In this document: piece by piece, positions 54,572-62,446 of the stretch
Position numbering within the stretch: position 1 is the stretch's first letter
How the letters are laid out: each line of letters begins with the position of its first letter
Source: Burkholderiales bacterium
Lineage (GTDB): Bacteria; Pseudomonadota; Gammaproteobacteria; Burkholderiales; SG8-41
Assembly: GCA_036555615.1 (NCBI GenBank)
Contig: DATBKZ010000048.1
Span: 2,526-66,525 of the forward strand
DNA length: 64,000 nt
Direction: 5' to 3'
Position numbers and translations under genes: made by a program
Notes under the pieces: generated by a model
Seen by the model: the letters and a program-made list of their open reading frames with translations, nothing else
What the model was told of the DNA's origin: nothing
The model's database searches: none

Positions 54572-55486
54572 ATGGCGATGAATCCGCTCGAGGCATCCGT
54601 CGCCGGCGGCGATCTCGTCTTCGACGACGAGTTCCTGCGCAAGCTGGAGCAGCTCGAGCTGCTCGCGCGCAAGATCTTCCGGGGCCTGCTGCGCGGGGAG
54701 CACACGACGTCGCGCCGTGGGCGAGGGCTCGAATTCTCCGACTTCCGGCACTACCGGCCTGGCGACGACTTCCGGCACATCGACTGGAACATCTACTCTC
54801 GGCTGGATCAGCTCTTCCTCAAGCTGCACGCCTCAGAGGACGATGTGACGCTGCATCTCATCCTGGACGCGAGCGCGAGCATGGGCTGCGGCGAACCGTC
54901 GAAATTCGATCACGCGCGGCGACTGGCCGCGGCGCTGGCCTACATCGCGCTGCACCATCTCGATCGCGTCGGCGTGAGCGCCTTCTCAGAGGGGCTGGGA
55001 GCGGCCCTGCCCCCCATCAAGACGCGGCACCACATGGCCCGCCTGCTCGCCTTCCTCGGCGAGCTGTCCTGCGCCGGGATGACCCGTTTCGACTCGGCCC
55101 TGCGTGCCTTCGCAATGCGTACGCGAAACCCGGGATTGGTGATCCTGATCTCCGACCTGCTCGGCGCCGGGAACATCCAGGATGGCATAGAGGCTCTGCG
55201 TCACGGCGGACACGACGTGGTAGTGATCCAGCTGCTCGCGGAGTCGGAGATCGACCCGCCGCTCGAGGGCGCCTTGCGCATGGTCGACGTGGAGACTGGG
55301 GACGAGCTGGAAGCGACCGTCGACGATGATCTGCGCAGGCTCTACCAGAATCGGCTCGAGCGCTACTTGCAGGACGTGGAGCGCTTCTGCCGACAGCTTA
55401 GCGTGGAATACCTGCGTGCCAGCACGGCCATCCCGTTCGAGGACGTCGTCCTCAAGTACCTGCGCCAGGGGGTGCACCTGCGGTGA
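54572..55486 (+). CDS. DUF58 domain protein
   Basis: RGLEFSDFRHYRPGDDFRHIDWNIYSR signature, followed by a degenerate VWA-like LILDASASMG. Confidence 0.88.
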   Translation: MAMNPLEASVAGGDLVFDDEFLRKLEQLELLARKIFRGLLRGEHTTSRRGRGLEFSDFRHYRPGDDFRHIDWNIYSRLDQLFLKLHASEDDVTLHLILDASASMGCGEPSKFDHARRLAAALAYIALHHLDRVGVSAFSEGLGAALPPIKTRHHMARLLAFLGELSCAGMTRFDSALRAFAMRTRNPGLVILISDLLGAGNIQDGIEALRHGGHDVVVIQLLAESEIDPPLEGALRMVDVETGDELEATVDDDLRRLYQNRLERYLQDVERFCRQLSVEYLRASTAIPFEDVVLKYLRQGVHLR

Positions 55487-57342
55487 TCGAGCTTGCCTAC
55501 CCCCTGGCCCTGCTGTCGCTCTTGGCCATTCCGCTTCTAATCGCGCTTCACCTGCTGCGGCCAAGGCGCCGCCGGATAGTGCTGTCCACGACCACACTGT
55601 GGCAGGCAGCGCTGAGGGAGCGCGAGCCGCGCGTCGGGCTTCGCACGCTGCTCAGGAACCTGAGCCTCTTGCTGCTGCTGGCGAGCGCGCTGGCGCTCGG
55701 GCTCGCGCTCGCCGGACCGCAGTGGCTGATCCGCGCGAGCGAGGGTGCCGATTCCGTGCTCGTGCTCGACGTGAGCGCGAGCATGAAGTCGCGATCCGGC
55801 ATCGGGAAGACGCGCTTTGACCTGGCCCTTGCGGAGGCGGCCAAGATCGTCGACGGCCTGCCCCGGCAGGGGCGCATGCTGGTGATGACCAGCGGGCGCA
55901 AGGCTCTGCTGCGCACGGGCTTCGAGGCCGACCGCGAGCTGCTCCGCCGGGCGCTGGCGCAAATTCGGCCCGGCGACGAGGCGGGGCGGCCGCGCGAAGC
56001 ATTGGCGTTGGCGCAGTCGCTGCTTCGAGGCCGTGACCAGGGCCGCATCTACTTCCTGACCGATGGCGCCCTCGATCGCGAGGTCGATCCCGGCTCGCCG
56101 CAGGTGGTGTTCCGCGTCGTGGGCGGGCCCGCGCGAAACGTCGCCATCACCCGCTTCGATTTCCGCCAGGAGTTCGCAGCCGAGGATCGTTTTCAGGTGC
56201 TGATGACCGTGCGCAACTACACCGACGCGCCTGTGGTTGTGCCTGCTTCGGCAAGCCTCGATGACCATGTGCTCTTCAGGCGGTCTCTCGCGCTCGCAGC
56301 GCGCGCGGAAGAGACCCTGGTTCTTCCGTTCACCGGCCGAGCCCGTGGGCAGGCGACAGGTCGCATCGAAGTGGAAGACGATCTCGCGGCCGATAACCAG
56401 GCCTTTGCGGCGGTTGATGCGAACGATCCGCTGCGTGTGCTGCTCTTCTCCCGGGGCAACTTCTATCTGGAGAGCGTGCTTCGGGCCATGCCCAACCTGG
56501 ACCTCGTCAAGGGCAATTCGCCGCCCGCCGAGGATATCGCGCGGATCGCCCGGAGCTACGACGTGGTGGTGATCGATAGCATCGCGGCGCCGCAGCTGCC
56601 GAGCGGGAATTTCCTGCTCGTGAATACCGTGGCGCCGGGCCTGCCGTTCTCCGACTCGGGGCGGCTCGTTCAGCCGGGCCCGCTCGTCCGCGGACCGAGC
56701 GCGCTGATGGGTGACGCGGACCTCACCGCGGTGCGGATCGAACAAGCCCGGCGGGTCATCATCGACAGAGCGGTTCCCGGGCTGCAGCGCCTGTTCTGGT
56801 CGAAGGAAACGGACCTGGCGCTCGCGCTGCTCGATGACGGCCGGAAACTGGTTTATCTAGGCTTCGATCTCGACCGGTCCAACTTCCCGCTGCAGGCGGC
56901 ATTCCCGCTGTTCGTCAGCCGCAGCCTGGAGTGGCTCCGTCCGCGAGGTGACGGCTTCGTGCCCACCCATGTAGAGGCCGGTTCAACCGGGACGATCGCG
57001 CTCCCCGCGGGCGAGACGCGGGTGACCGTGCGCATGCCGTCCGGCAAATCCGAGACGCTGGCGTCGGAGGGCGGCTCGGCTCTGTTCGACGCCACCACCG
57101 ATGCCGGCATCTATCAATACACCGTTGGCGACGTAACGCGATACTTCGCGGTAAGCCTTGCCGACGCGCGGGAATCCGACGTCAACAACCGCTGGGCGCC
57201 TGCCGGGCGCCGCGAGGACATTCGACCGGCGCGCACCTCCGCGCAGGCGCTCGCTCCGCTCTGGCCTCAGCTGCTGGCGCTGGCGCTCCTCCTGCTGGTG
57301 CTGGAGTGGTTCGTGTGGACCGGGAGCCGGGGGAATGCCTGA
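55483..57342 (+). CDS. BatA-N-terminal-domain + VWA protein
   Basis: GTG overlapping the upstream stop. N-terminal double-TM LALLSLLAIPLLIALHLLRPRRRRIVLSTTTLW. MIDAS VLVLDVSASM. C-terminal TM helix. Confidence 0.85.
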   Translation: MIELAYPLALLSLLAIPLLIALHLLRPRRRRIVLSTTTLWQAALREREPRVGLRTLLRNLSLLLLLASALALGLALAGPQWLIRASEGADSVLVLDVSASMKSRSGIGKTRFDLALAEAAKIVDGLPRQGRMLVMTSGRKALLRTGFEADRELLRRALAQIRPGDEAGRPREALALAQSLLRGRDQGRIYFLTDGALDREVDPGSPQVVFRVVGGPARNVAITRFDFRQEFAAEDRFQVLMTVRNYTDAPVVVPASASLDDHVLFRRSLALAARAEETLVLPFTGRARGQATGRIEVEDDLAADNQAFAAVDANDPLRVLLFSRGNFYLESVLRAMPNLDLVKGNSPPAEDIARIARSYDVVVIDSIAAPQLPSGNFLLVNTVAPGLPFSDSGRLVQPGPLVRGPSALMGDADLTAVRIEQARRVIIDRAVPGLQRLFWSKETDLALALLDDGRKLVYLGFDLDRSNFPLQAAFPLFVSRSLEWLRPRGDGFVPTHVEAGSTGTIALPAGETRVTVRMPSGKSETLASEGGSALFDATTDAGIYQYTVGDVTRYFAVSLADARESDVNNRWAPAGRREDIRPARTSAQALAPLWPQLLALALLLLVLEWFVWTGSRGNA

Positions 57343-60100
57343 GTTCGCGCAACCGGCATGGCTTGCGCTCATCGCGGTGGCGGTGCTGCTCGTCGCCCTC
57401 ACGGTCCGGCGCGCGGGGCGCACGCGCTTCAGACCGGTTTTCGCCGGCGCGCTGCGGATCCTGGCCCTCGCTGCGCTGGTGGTCGCGCTCGCGGGGCCGC
57501 TCGCCGGCTCCGGATCGCGTCATGCCGACGTGGTTTTCGCGCTCGACGTTTCCAGCAGCATCCCGCGGGAGTCCATAGCCGAGGCGCTGGATCTCCTCAA
57601 TCGCGCCAGGGAATCCCCGGCGCGGATCGGGCTGGTCGTGTTCGGCGCCGACGCCGCCGTGGAATCGCTCGTGCGCAGCGGCGGCGAGCCGTTACGCGAG
57701 ATCACGGCCCATGTGGAGCGCGCAGGCACTGATATCGGGCGCGCCATCCAGGTGGCTATTGGTGCGTTTCCGGCGGCGGTGCAGCGGCGCATCGTGCTGC
57801 TCAGCGACGGCCGCGAGAACCTGGGCGATGCGCGCTCGGCAGCCGCGGTAGCGCGATCCCTAGGGGTCGAGATCGACGCCGTGGCGCTCGAGAGGTCCTC
57901 GGCTCAGAAGGAGATCTACGTTCAGGGCGTGACGGTTCCGCCCCGGGTGCGCCTGCGCGAGCCCTTCAACGTGCAGGCGGTGGTGCACAGCAGCGAATCC
58001 ACCCGCGCCCAGCTGGCGTTCATGCGCAACGGCGTGCTGCTGCGCGAATTCACGATCGAGCTCGAGCCGGGCCTGAACGCCTTCTCCCTGGTGGAGCAGG
58101 CAGACGCGCCGGGGCTGCAGTTGTACGAGGCCATCGTCAACAGCGACGCCGACAGCGAGCCGGCGAATAACCGCTACCAGACTTTCGTGCAGGTCGCGGG
58201 CGCGTCGAGGGTGCTGCACGTGGTGGACGACCCTCACGCCGGTCGATACGTGAGCGCGGCATTGAGGGCCCAGGGCCTGGGGGTGGACGAGGTGTCCGCC
58301 GGCGCGCTGCCCGCGAACCTGCACGAGCTGGTCGACTACGACCTGGTGATCCTCAACAACGTCTCCGGTCTCGACCTGTCCCTCGCCAAGATGGCGCTGC
58401 TCGAGTACTACGTGCGCGACGCGGGAGGCGGCGTGGTGATGATCGGCGGCGACCGGAGCTACGGCGCCGGCGGCTACCACGGCACCCCGGTGGAGCAGCT
58501 CCTGCCGGTCACCATGGACGTCAAGACCGAGATCAGGATCCCGAGCCTGTCGGTCGTCTTCGTGCTGGACCGCTCCGGCAGCATGGGCACCAAGGCCCGG
58601 GACGAGGAGAAGCTCACGATCGCCAAGCGCGCCGCCCTGTCATCCATCGAGCTGCTGAAGCCGCTCGACCGGGTGGGTGTCCTGGCCTTCGACAGCGGCC
58701 GTGACTGGGTGGTGCCCATGACCGAGGCGGGCGTGCGCCGGCCGATCGCGGAGAGGCTCCGCGATCTGAAGGTGGGCGGCGGCACCGACCTCTATCCCGC
58801 CCTCGAGGAGGCGCACCGCGTCATGCGCAGGGAGCAGGCAAAGGTGAAGCACCTGATCGTGCTCTCCGACGGCCTCACCGAGGGCGGGAAGAACTTCGAT
58901 CGCCTCGCCGCGCGCATCGCTGCCGACGGCATCACCCTGTCCACCGTGGCGATGGGCGCCGACGCGGACCGCGCGTTGATGGCAAGACTTGCCGCGCTCG
59001 GCAAGGGGCGCTACTACCACGCCGACGACCCCCGCAATGTGCCGCGCATCTTTACGAGCGAGACCATGACGATCATGCGGGACCTGGTCGTGGAGGGGGA
59101 CATCCGGCCGCGACGGGGCCATGTGGGTGAGCCGATCGCGGGCTTCGGTGCGGAAGCGTTTCCGGCCCTCGGAGGCTACCTGCGCACTTATCCCAAGCCC
59201 GCCGCCCAGGTCCTGCTCGCCGGCCGCGGCGAGGATCCCCTGCTGGTGTCGTGGCGCTACGGCCTGGGCAAGGCGGTAGCGTTCACCTCGGACCTCTCGG
59301 GGCGCTGGGGCAGGAGGTGGGTTGAGTGGCCGGCCTTCGGGCGCTTCGTCTCCCAGACGGCCCGCTGGACCATGCGTCGCAGCGGCGTCGGATCGTTCGT
59401 GCCGCAATTCCGGTGGCGGGGTCAGCATGGCGAGATGAGCGTGGACGTGCTGGACCGGGACGATCGCTTCGTCAACGGTCTCAAGCTGGAAGCCACGCTC
59501 GTGGATCCGTCCCGGCTCTCCCGGCGCGTCGAGCTCGAGCAGATCGCTCCGGGCCGCTACCACGGTGAATTTCCGGTGCCCCGTGCCGGGCGCTATGCCA
59601 TCACCCTCACCGGGCGTGACGGGGAAATTCAGGTCGGCCCCACGACGTTCGGACTGGCCGTTCCGTACTCCTCGGAGTATCTGGACCTGGGCGTCGATCA
59701 ACGGCTGTTGCGCGATATCGCCGGCATCACGGGCGGACGCCTGCTTCCGCTTTCCAGCGCCGGCCTGAGCGCCGTCACAGCGCCCTCGCCGCAAGCGTCC
59801 GGCCCGCTCTCGCGGGTCTGGTGGCCGTTCCTCCTGGCGGCCCTGTTACTGGTGGTGGCCGAGGTGGCGGTGCGCTGGGTGACGTTGCCCGAAGCCTGGC
59901 GCGCGCGCTGGGCGAGGTGGCGCGGCGCGCGCGGGGAGACCGGGGCGCCGGAACGCGAGTACAGCTCGCTCAGCGCCGCCATTGCCCGGGAACGAGCAAG
60001 GCACCTGGCAGCCATGCGCGATGGGATTTACCTCAATGCCGACGATCCCGCCGCGCGTGCGCGACTCTATCTGGCGGCCGGCCGCAGCCGCGCTCGTTGA
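57335..60100 (+). CDS. Double-VWA membrane protein with GATase1-like insert
   Basis: ATG at 57335 (8-nt overlap). Two N-terminal TM helices. VWA1 VVFALDVSSSI. Middle segment VLHVVDD...YDLVILNNVSG...GGGVVMIGG. VWA2 VVFVLDRSGSMG. C-terminal TM helix. Confidence 0.85.
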   Translation: MPEFAQPAWLALIAVAVLLVALTVRRAGRTRFRPVFAGALRILALAALVVALAGPLAGSGSRHADVVFALDVSSSIPRESIAEALDLLNRARESPARIGLVVFGADAAVESLVRSGGEPLREITAHVERAGTDIGRAIQVAIGAFPAAVQRRIVLLSDGRENLGDARSAAAVARSLGVEIDAVALERSSAQKEIYVQGVTVPPRVRLREPFNVQAVVHSSESTRAQLAFMRNGVLLREFTIELEPGLNAFSLVEQADAPGLQLYEAIVNSDADSEPANNRYQTFVQVAGASRVLHVVDDPHAGRYVSAALRAQGLGVDEVSAGALPANLHELVDYDLVILNNVSGLDLSLAKMALLEYYVRDAGGGVVMIGGDRSYGAGGYHGTPVEQLLPVTMDVKTEIRIPSLSVVFVLDRSGSMGTKARDEEKLTIAKRAALSSIELLKPLDRVGVLAFDSGRDWVVPMTEAGVRRPIAERLRDLKVGGGTDLYPALEEAHRVMRREQAKVKHLIVLSDGLTEGGKNFDRLAARIAADGITLSTVAMGADADRALMARLAALGKGRYYHADDPRNVPRIFTSETMTIMRDLVVEGDIRPRRGHVGEPIAGFGAEAFPALGGYLRTYPKPAAQVLLAGRGEDPLLVSWRYGLGKAVAFTSDLSGRWGRRWVEWPAFGRFVSQTARWTMRRSGVGSFVPQFRWRGQHGEMSVDVLDRDDRFVNGLKLEATLVDPSRLSRRVELEQIAPGRYHGEFPVPRAGRYAITLTGRDGEIQVGPTTFGLAVPYSSEYLDLGVDQRLLRDIAGITGGRLLPLSSAGLSAVTAPSPQASGPLSRVWWPFLLAALLLVVAEVAVRWVTLPEAWRARWARWRGARGETGAPEREYSSLSAAIARERARHLAAMRDGIYLNADDPAARARLYLAAGRSRAR

Positions 60101-60218
60101 GCGCGGCGCAGCGCGGGTCCTACCCGCGCAACTCACCACACCCGCGGGCCGGGTGGCAGGGCGGTTGGGATCTGGTTCCAGATTTCCGGTACTGGTACTG
60201 GCTGTCCAAGGGAGTTGT

Positions 60219-60236
60219 CCTGATCAATTGACCAGG
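60219..60236. promoter_or_regulatory. Near-perfect 18-bp palindrome in a 257-nt convergent spacer
   Basis: CCTGATCAATTGACCAGG: 16 of 18 positions are self-complementary, core TCAATTGA. Nearby are ATCTGGTTCCAGAT (60170-60183) and tandem GGTACT GGTACT (60188-60199). Confidence 0.3.
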
Positions 60237-60357
60237 TGGGCGGGGAAATCCGGAGAAGATCACGACCGCTCTGACAGGACCCGGCCCGCGGAATATGCAA
60301 CCCTCACGATGAACGGTCGGAGGCGAAGGGCGAACGACCGGGTTCTTGAGGCAGGTT

Positions 60358-61329
60358 CTAGTAGAGGTGGCACGCCACCATGTGGCCGCGCGAGATCTCC
60401 TTTTCCACCGGCACGACCCTGGAGCACTCGGGCCTGACGAACGGGCAGCGCGGGTGGAAGCGGCATCCACTGGGCGGATTGATGGGCGACGGGACCTCTC
60501 CGGTCAGGATGATCTCCTCGCGCGTCTCGTCCGGGTGATCCGGCAGAGCTGCTGAAAACAGCGCCTTCGTATAGGGATGCGCCGGATTGCTGAAGAGGTC
60601 CTTCGTCCTCGCCTTCTCGACGATTTTGCCGAGGTACATGACCGCGACCTCGCCCGCCATGTAGCGGGTCGTCGCCAGGTGATGGGCGATGAGGAGATAG
60701 CTCACGTTGTACTGGCTCTGGAGATCCACCAGCAGGTTCATGATCTGCGCCCGGATCGAAACGTCGAGGGCCGAGACCGGCTCGTCCAGGATGATGACCT
60801 TGGGCTTCGACACGAGCGCGCTTGCCACGGCGATGCGCTGGCGCTGCCCGCCGCTGAACTCGTGGGGGTAGAGGTTGGCCTGCTGCGGGCGCAGGCCCAC
60901 CGACGCCAGCACCTCCTGGACGCGATCCTTCACCTCCTGATCGGAAACCGTCTGATTGACGACGAGCGGCTCGGCCACGATGTCCCGCACGCGCATGCGG
61001 GGGCTGAGAGAGGACCAGGGGTCCTGGAACACCGCCTGCACCATCGTGCGGTAATGCCTCAGGTCATCGCCGCTCAACGCATGCACATTCTTGCCCTCGG
61101 CAAGAACTTCCCCGGACGTCGGCTCTTCCAGGCGCAGCACGAGCTTTGCGGTCGTCGTCTTGCCGCAGCCGGACTCGCCGACGAGCGCCAGCGTCTCGCC
61201 CTGGGGGATCGAGAAGCTGATGCCGTCCACGGCCTGCACCCAGCCGATGACTTTCGTCCACAGGACACCCTTGGTGACGGGAAAGTGCTTCTTCAGCGCC
61301 CTCGCCTCGAGGACCGGCGCAGCCGTCAT
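60358..61329 (-). CDS. Peptide/nickel-type ABC transporter ATP-binding protein (OppF/DppF-like)
   Basis: ATG at 61329 overlapping the upstream stop. Walker A GESGCGKTT, signature FSGGQRQR, Walker B IILDEP. C-terminal oligopeptide domain PSGCRFHPRC. Confidence 0.9.
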   Translation of the reverse strand: MTAAPVLEARALKKHFPVTKGVLWTKVIGWVQAVDGISFSIPQGETLALVGESGCGKTTTAKLVLRLEEPTSGEVLAEGKNVHALSGDDLRHYRTMVQAVFQDPWSSLSPRMRVRDIVAEPLVVNQTVSDQEVKDRVQEVLASVGLRPQQANLYPHEFSGGQRQRIAVASALVSKPKVIILDEPVSALDVSIRAQIMNLLVDLQSQYNVSYLLIAHHLATTRYMAGEVAVMYLGKIVEKARTKDLFSNPAHPYTKALFSAALPDHPDETREEIILTGEVPSPINPPSGCRFHPRCPFVRPECSRVVPVEKEISRGHMVACHLY

Positions 61330-62315
61330 ACGCGACCCGCTTTCCAGCAGCTTGCGACGTGATCCTTGCCGACGGTGGCCTGGCGGGGATACTCGCGCTG
61401 GCAACGGTCATCGGCGTGGGGACACCGGGGAGCAAACCGGCATCCCTCGGGCAGGTCCCACAGCGCGGGAGGCTGGCCCTCGATCGAGTAGAGCCGCTCC
61501 ACATCCTCGTCCATGCTGGGCACCGAGTGCAGCAGCGCCTGGGTGTAGGGATGCGACGGATGATTGAAGATGTCCCGCACCGATCCGCTCTCCACGATGC
61601 GGCCGGCATACATCACCAGCACGCGATCGCACATCTTCGCGACGATGCCGAAGTCGTGGGTGATGAAGATGAGCGCGAGGTTCGTCGCTTCCTGGATTTC
61701 GCGCAGCAGGCGCAGGTATTGCGCCTGGATCGTGACATCGAGCGAGGTGGTCGGCTCATCGGCGATGATGATCTTCGGCTCGCAGGAGATGGCGATGGCG
61801 CCGACCACCCGCTGCTTCATGCCGCCGCTGATCTGGTGGGGGTAGTCCGTGACCCGCCGCTCGGGGGCCGCCACCTTGACCTGCTTCAGGCCCTCGACCG
61901 CCCGCCGCACCAGCGATGGCTTGCGTTCGTCGGCGTGCTGAATCTCGATCGCCTCGATCAGCTGGTTGCCGACCGTGAACACCGGGTTGAGCGAGGTCTG
62001 CGGATCCTGCAGGATCATGGAAATGCGGCGGCCGCGGATCTGCCGCATCTCCTGCTCGGACTTCGGGACGAGGTCCTCGCCTTCGAGCCGGATCGCACCC
62101 TTGACGATGCGGGCCGCCGGCCGCGGGGTGAGTTTCAGCAGCGACAGCGCTGTCATGGTTTTCCCGCTGCCCGACTCGCCCACGATGCCCAGCACCTCGC
62201 CCTGGCGCAGCGAGAAGCTCACCCCATCCACCGCTTTTACGGTGCCGAAACGGGTGAAGCAATAGGTGTGAAGATCCTCCACCTCCAGAATGACGTCGCC
62301 GAGCCGACGCGCCAT
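61326..62315 (-). CDS. Peptide/nickel-type ABC transporter ATP-binding protein (OppD/DppD-like)
   Basis: Walker A GESGSGKT, signature ISGGMKQR, Walker B IIADEPTT, C-terminal PEGCRFAPRC. Confidence 0.9.
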   Translation of the reverse strand: MARRLGDVILEVEDLHTYCFTRFGTVKAVDGVSFSLRQGEVLGIVGESGSGKTMTALSLLKLTPRPAARIVKGAIRLEGEDLVPKSEQEMRQIRGRRISMILQDPQTSLNPVFTVGNQLIEAIEIQHADERKPSLVRRAVEGLKQVKVAAPERRVTDYPHQISGGMKQRVVGAIAISCEPKIIIADEPTTSLDVTIQAQYLRLLREIQEATNLALIFITHDFGIVAKMCDRVLVMYAGRIVESGSVRDIFNHPSHPYTQALLHSVPSMDEDVERLYSIEGQPPALWDLPEGCRFAPRCPHADDRCQREYPRQATVGKDHVASCWKAGRV

Positions 62316-62403
62316 GCGCCTATCCTGTCCTCATCCCGCCGAAATCCACGCGCATGGCGCCCCCCTGCTTCAAGTCCTGCGATTCAATGCGTATTAGAAC
62401 AGA

Positions 62404-62435
62404 AGCGAGGGGAAGAGTTGCTTCTTCCCCTCGCT
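62404..62435 (-). terminator. Intrinsic terminator/attenuator after the ABC substrate-binding gene
   Basis: Perfect 13-bp stem: AGCGAGGGGAAGA (62404-62416) with TCTTCCCCTCGCT (62423-62435), loop GTTGCT. On the transcribed (minus) strand it is followed by TTCTGTTCTAAT. Confidence 0.75.
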
Positions 62436-62446
62436 GTGACGCGCGC

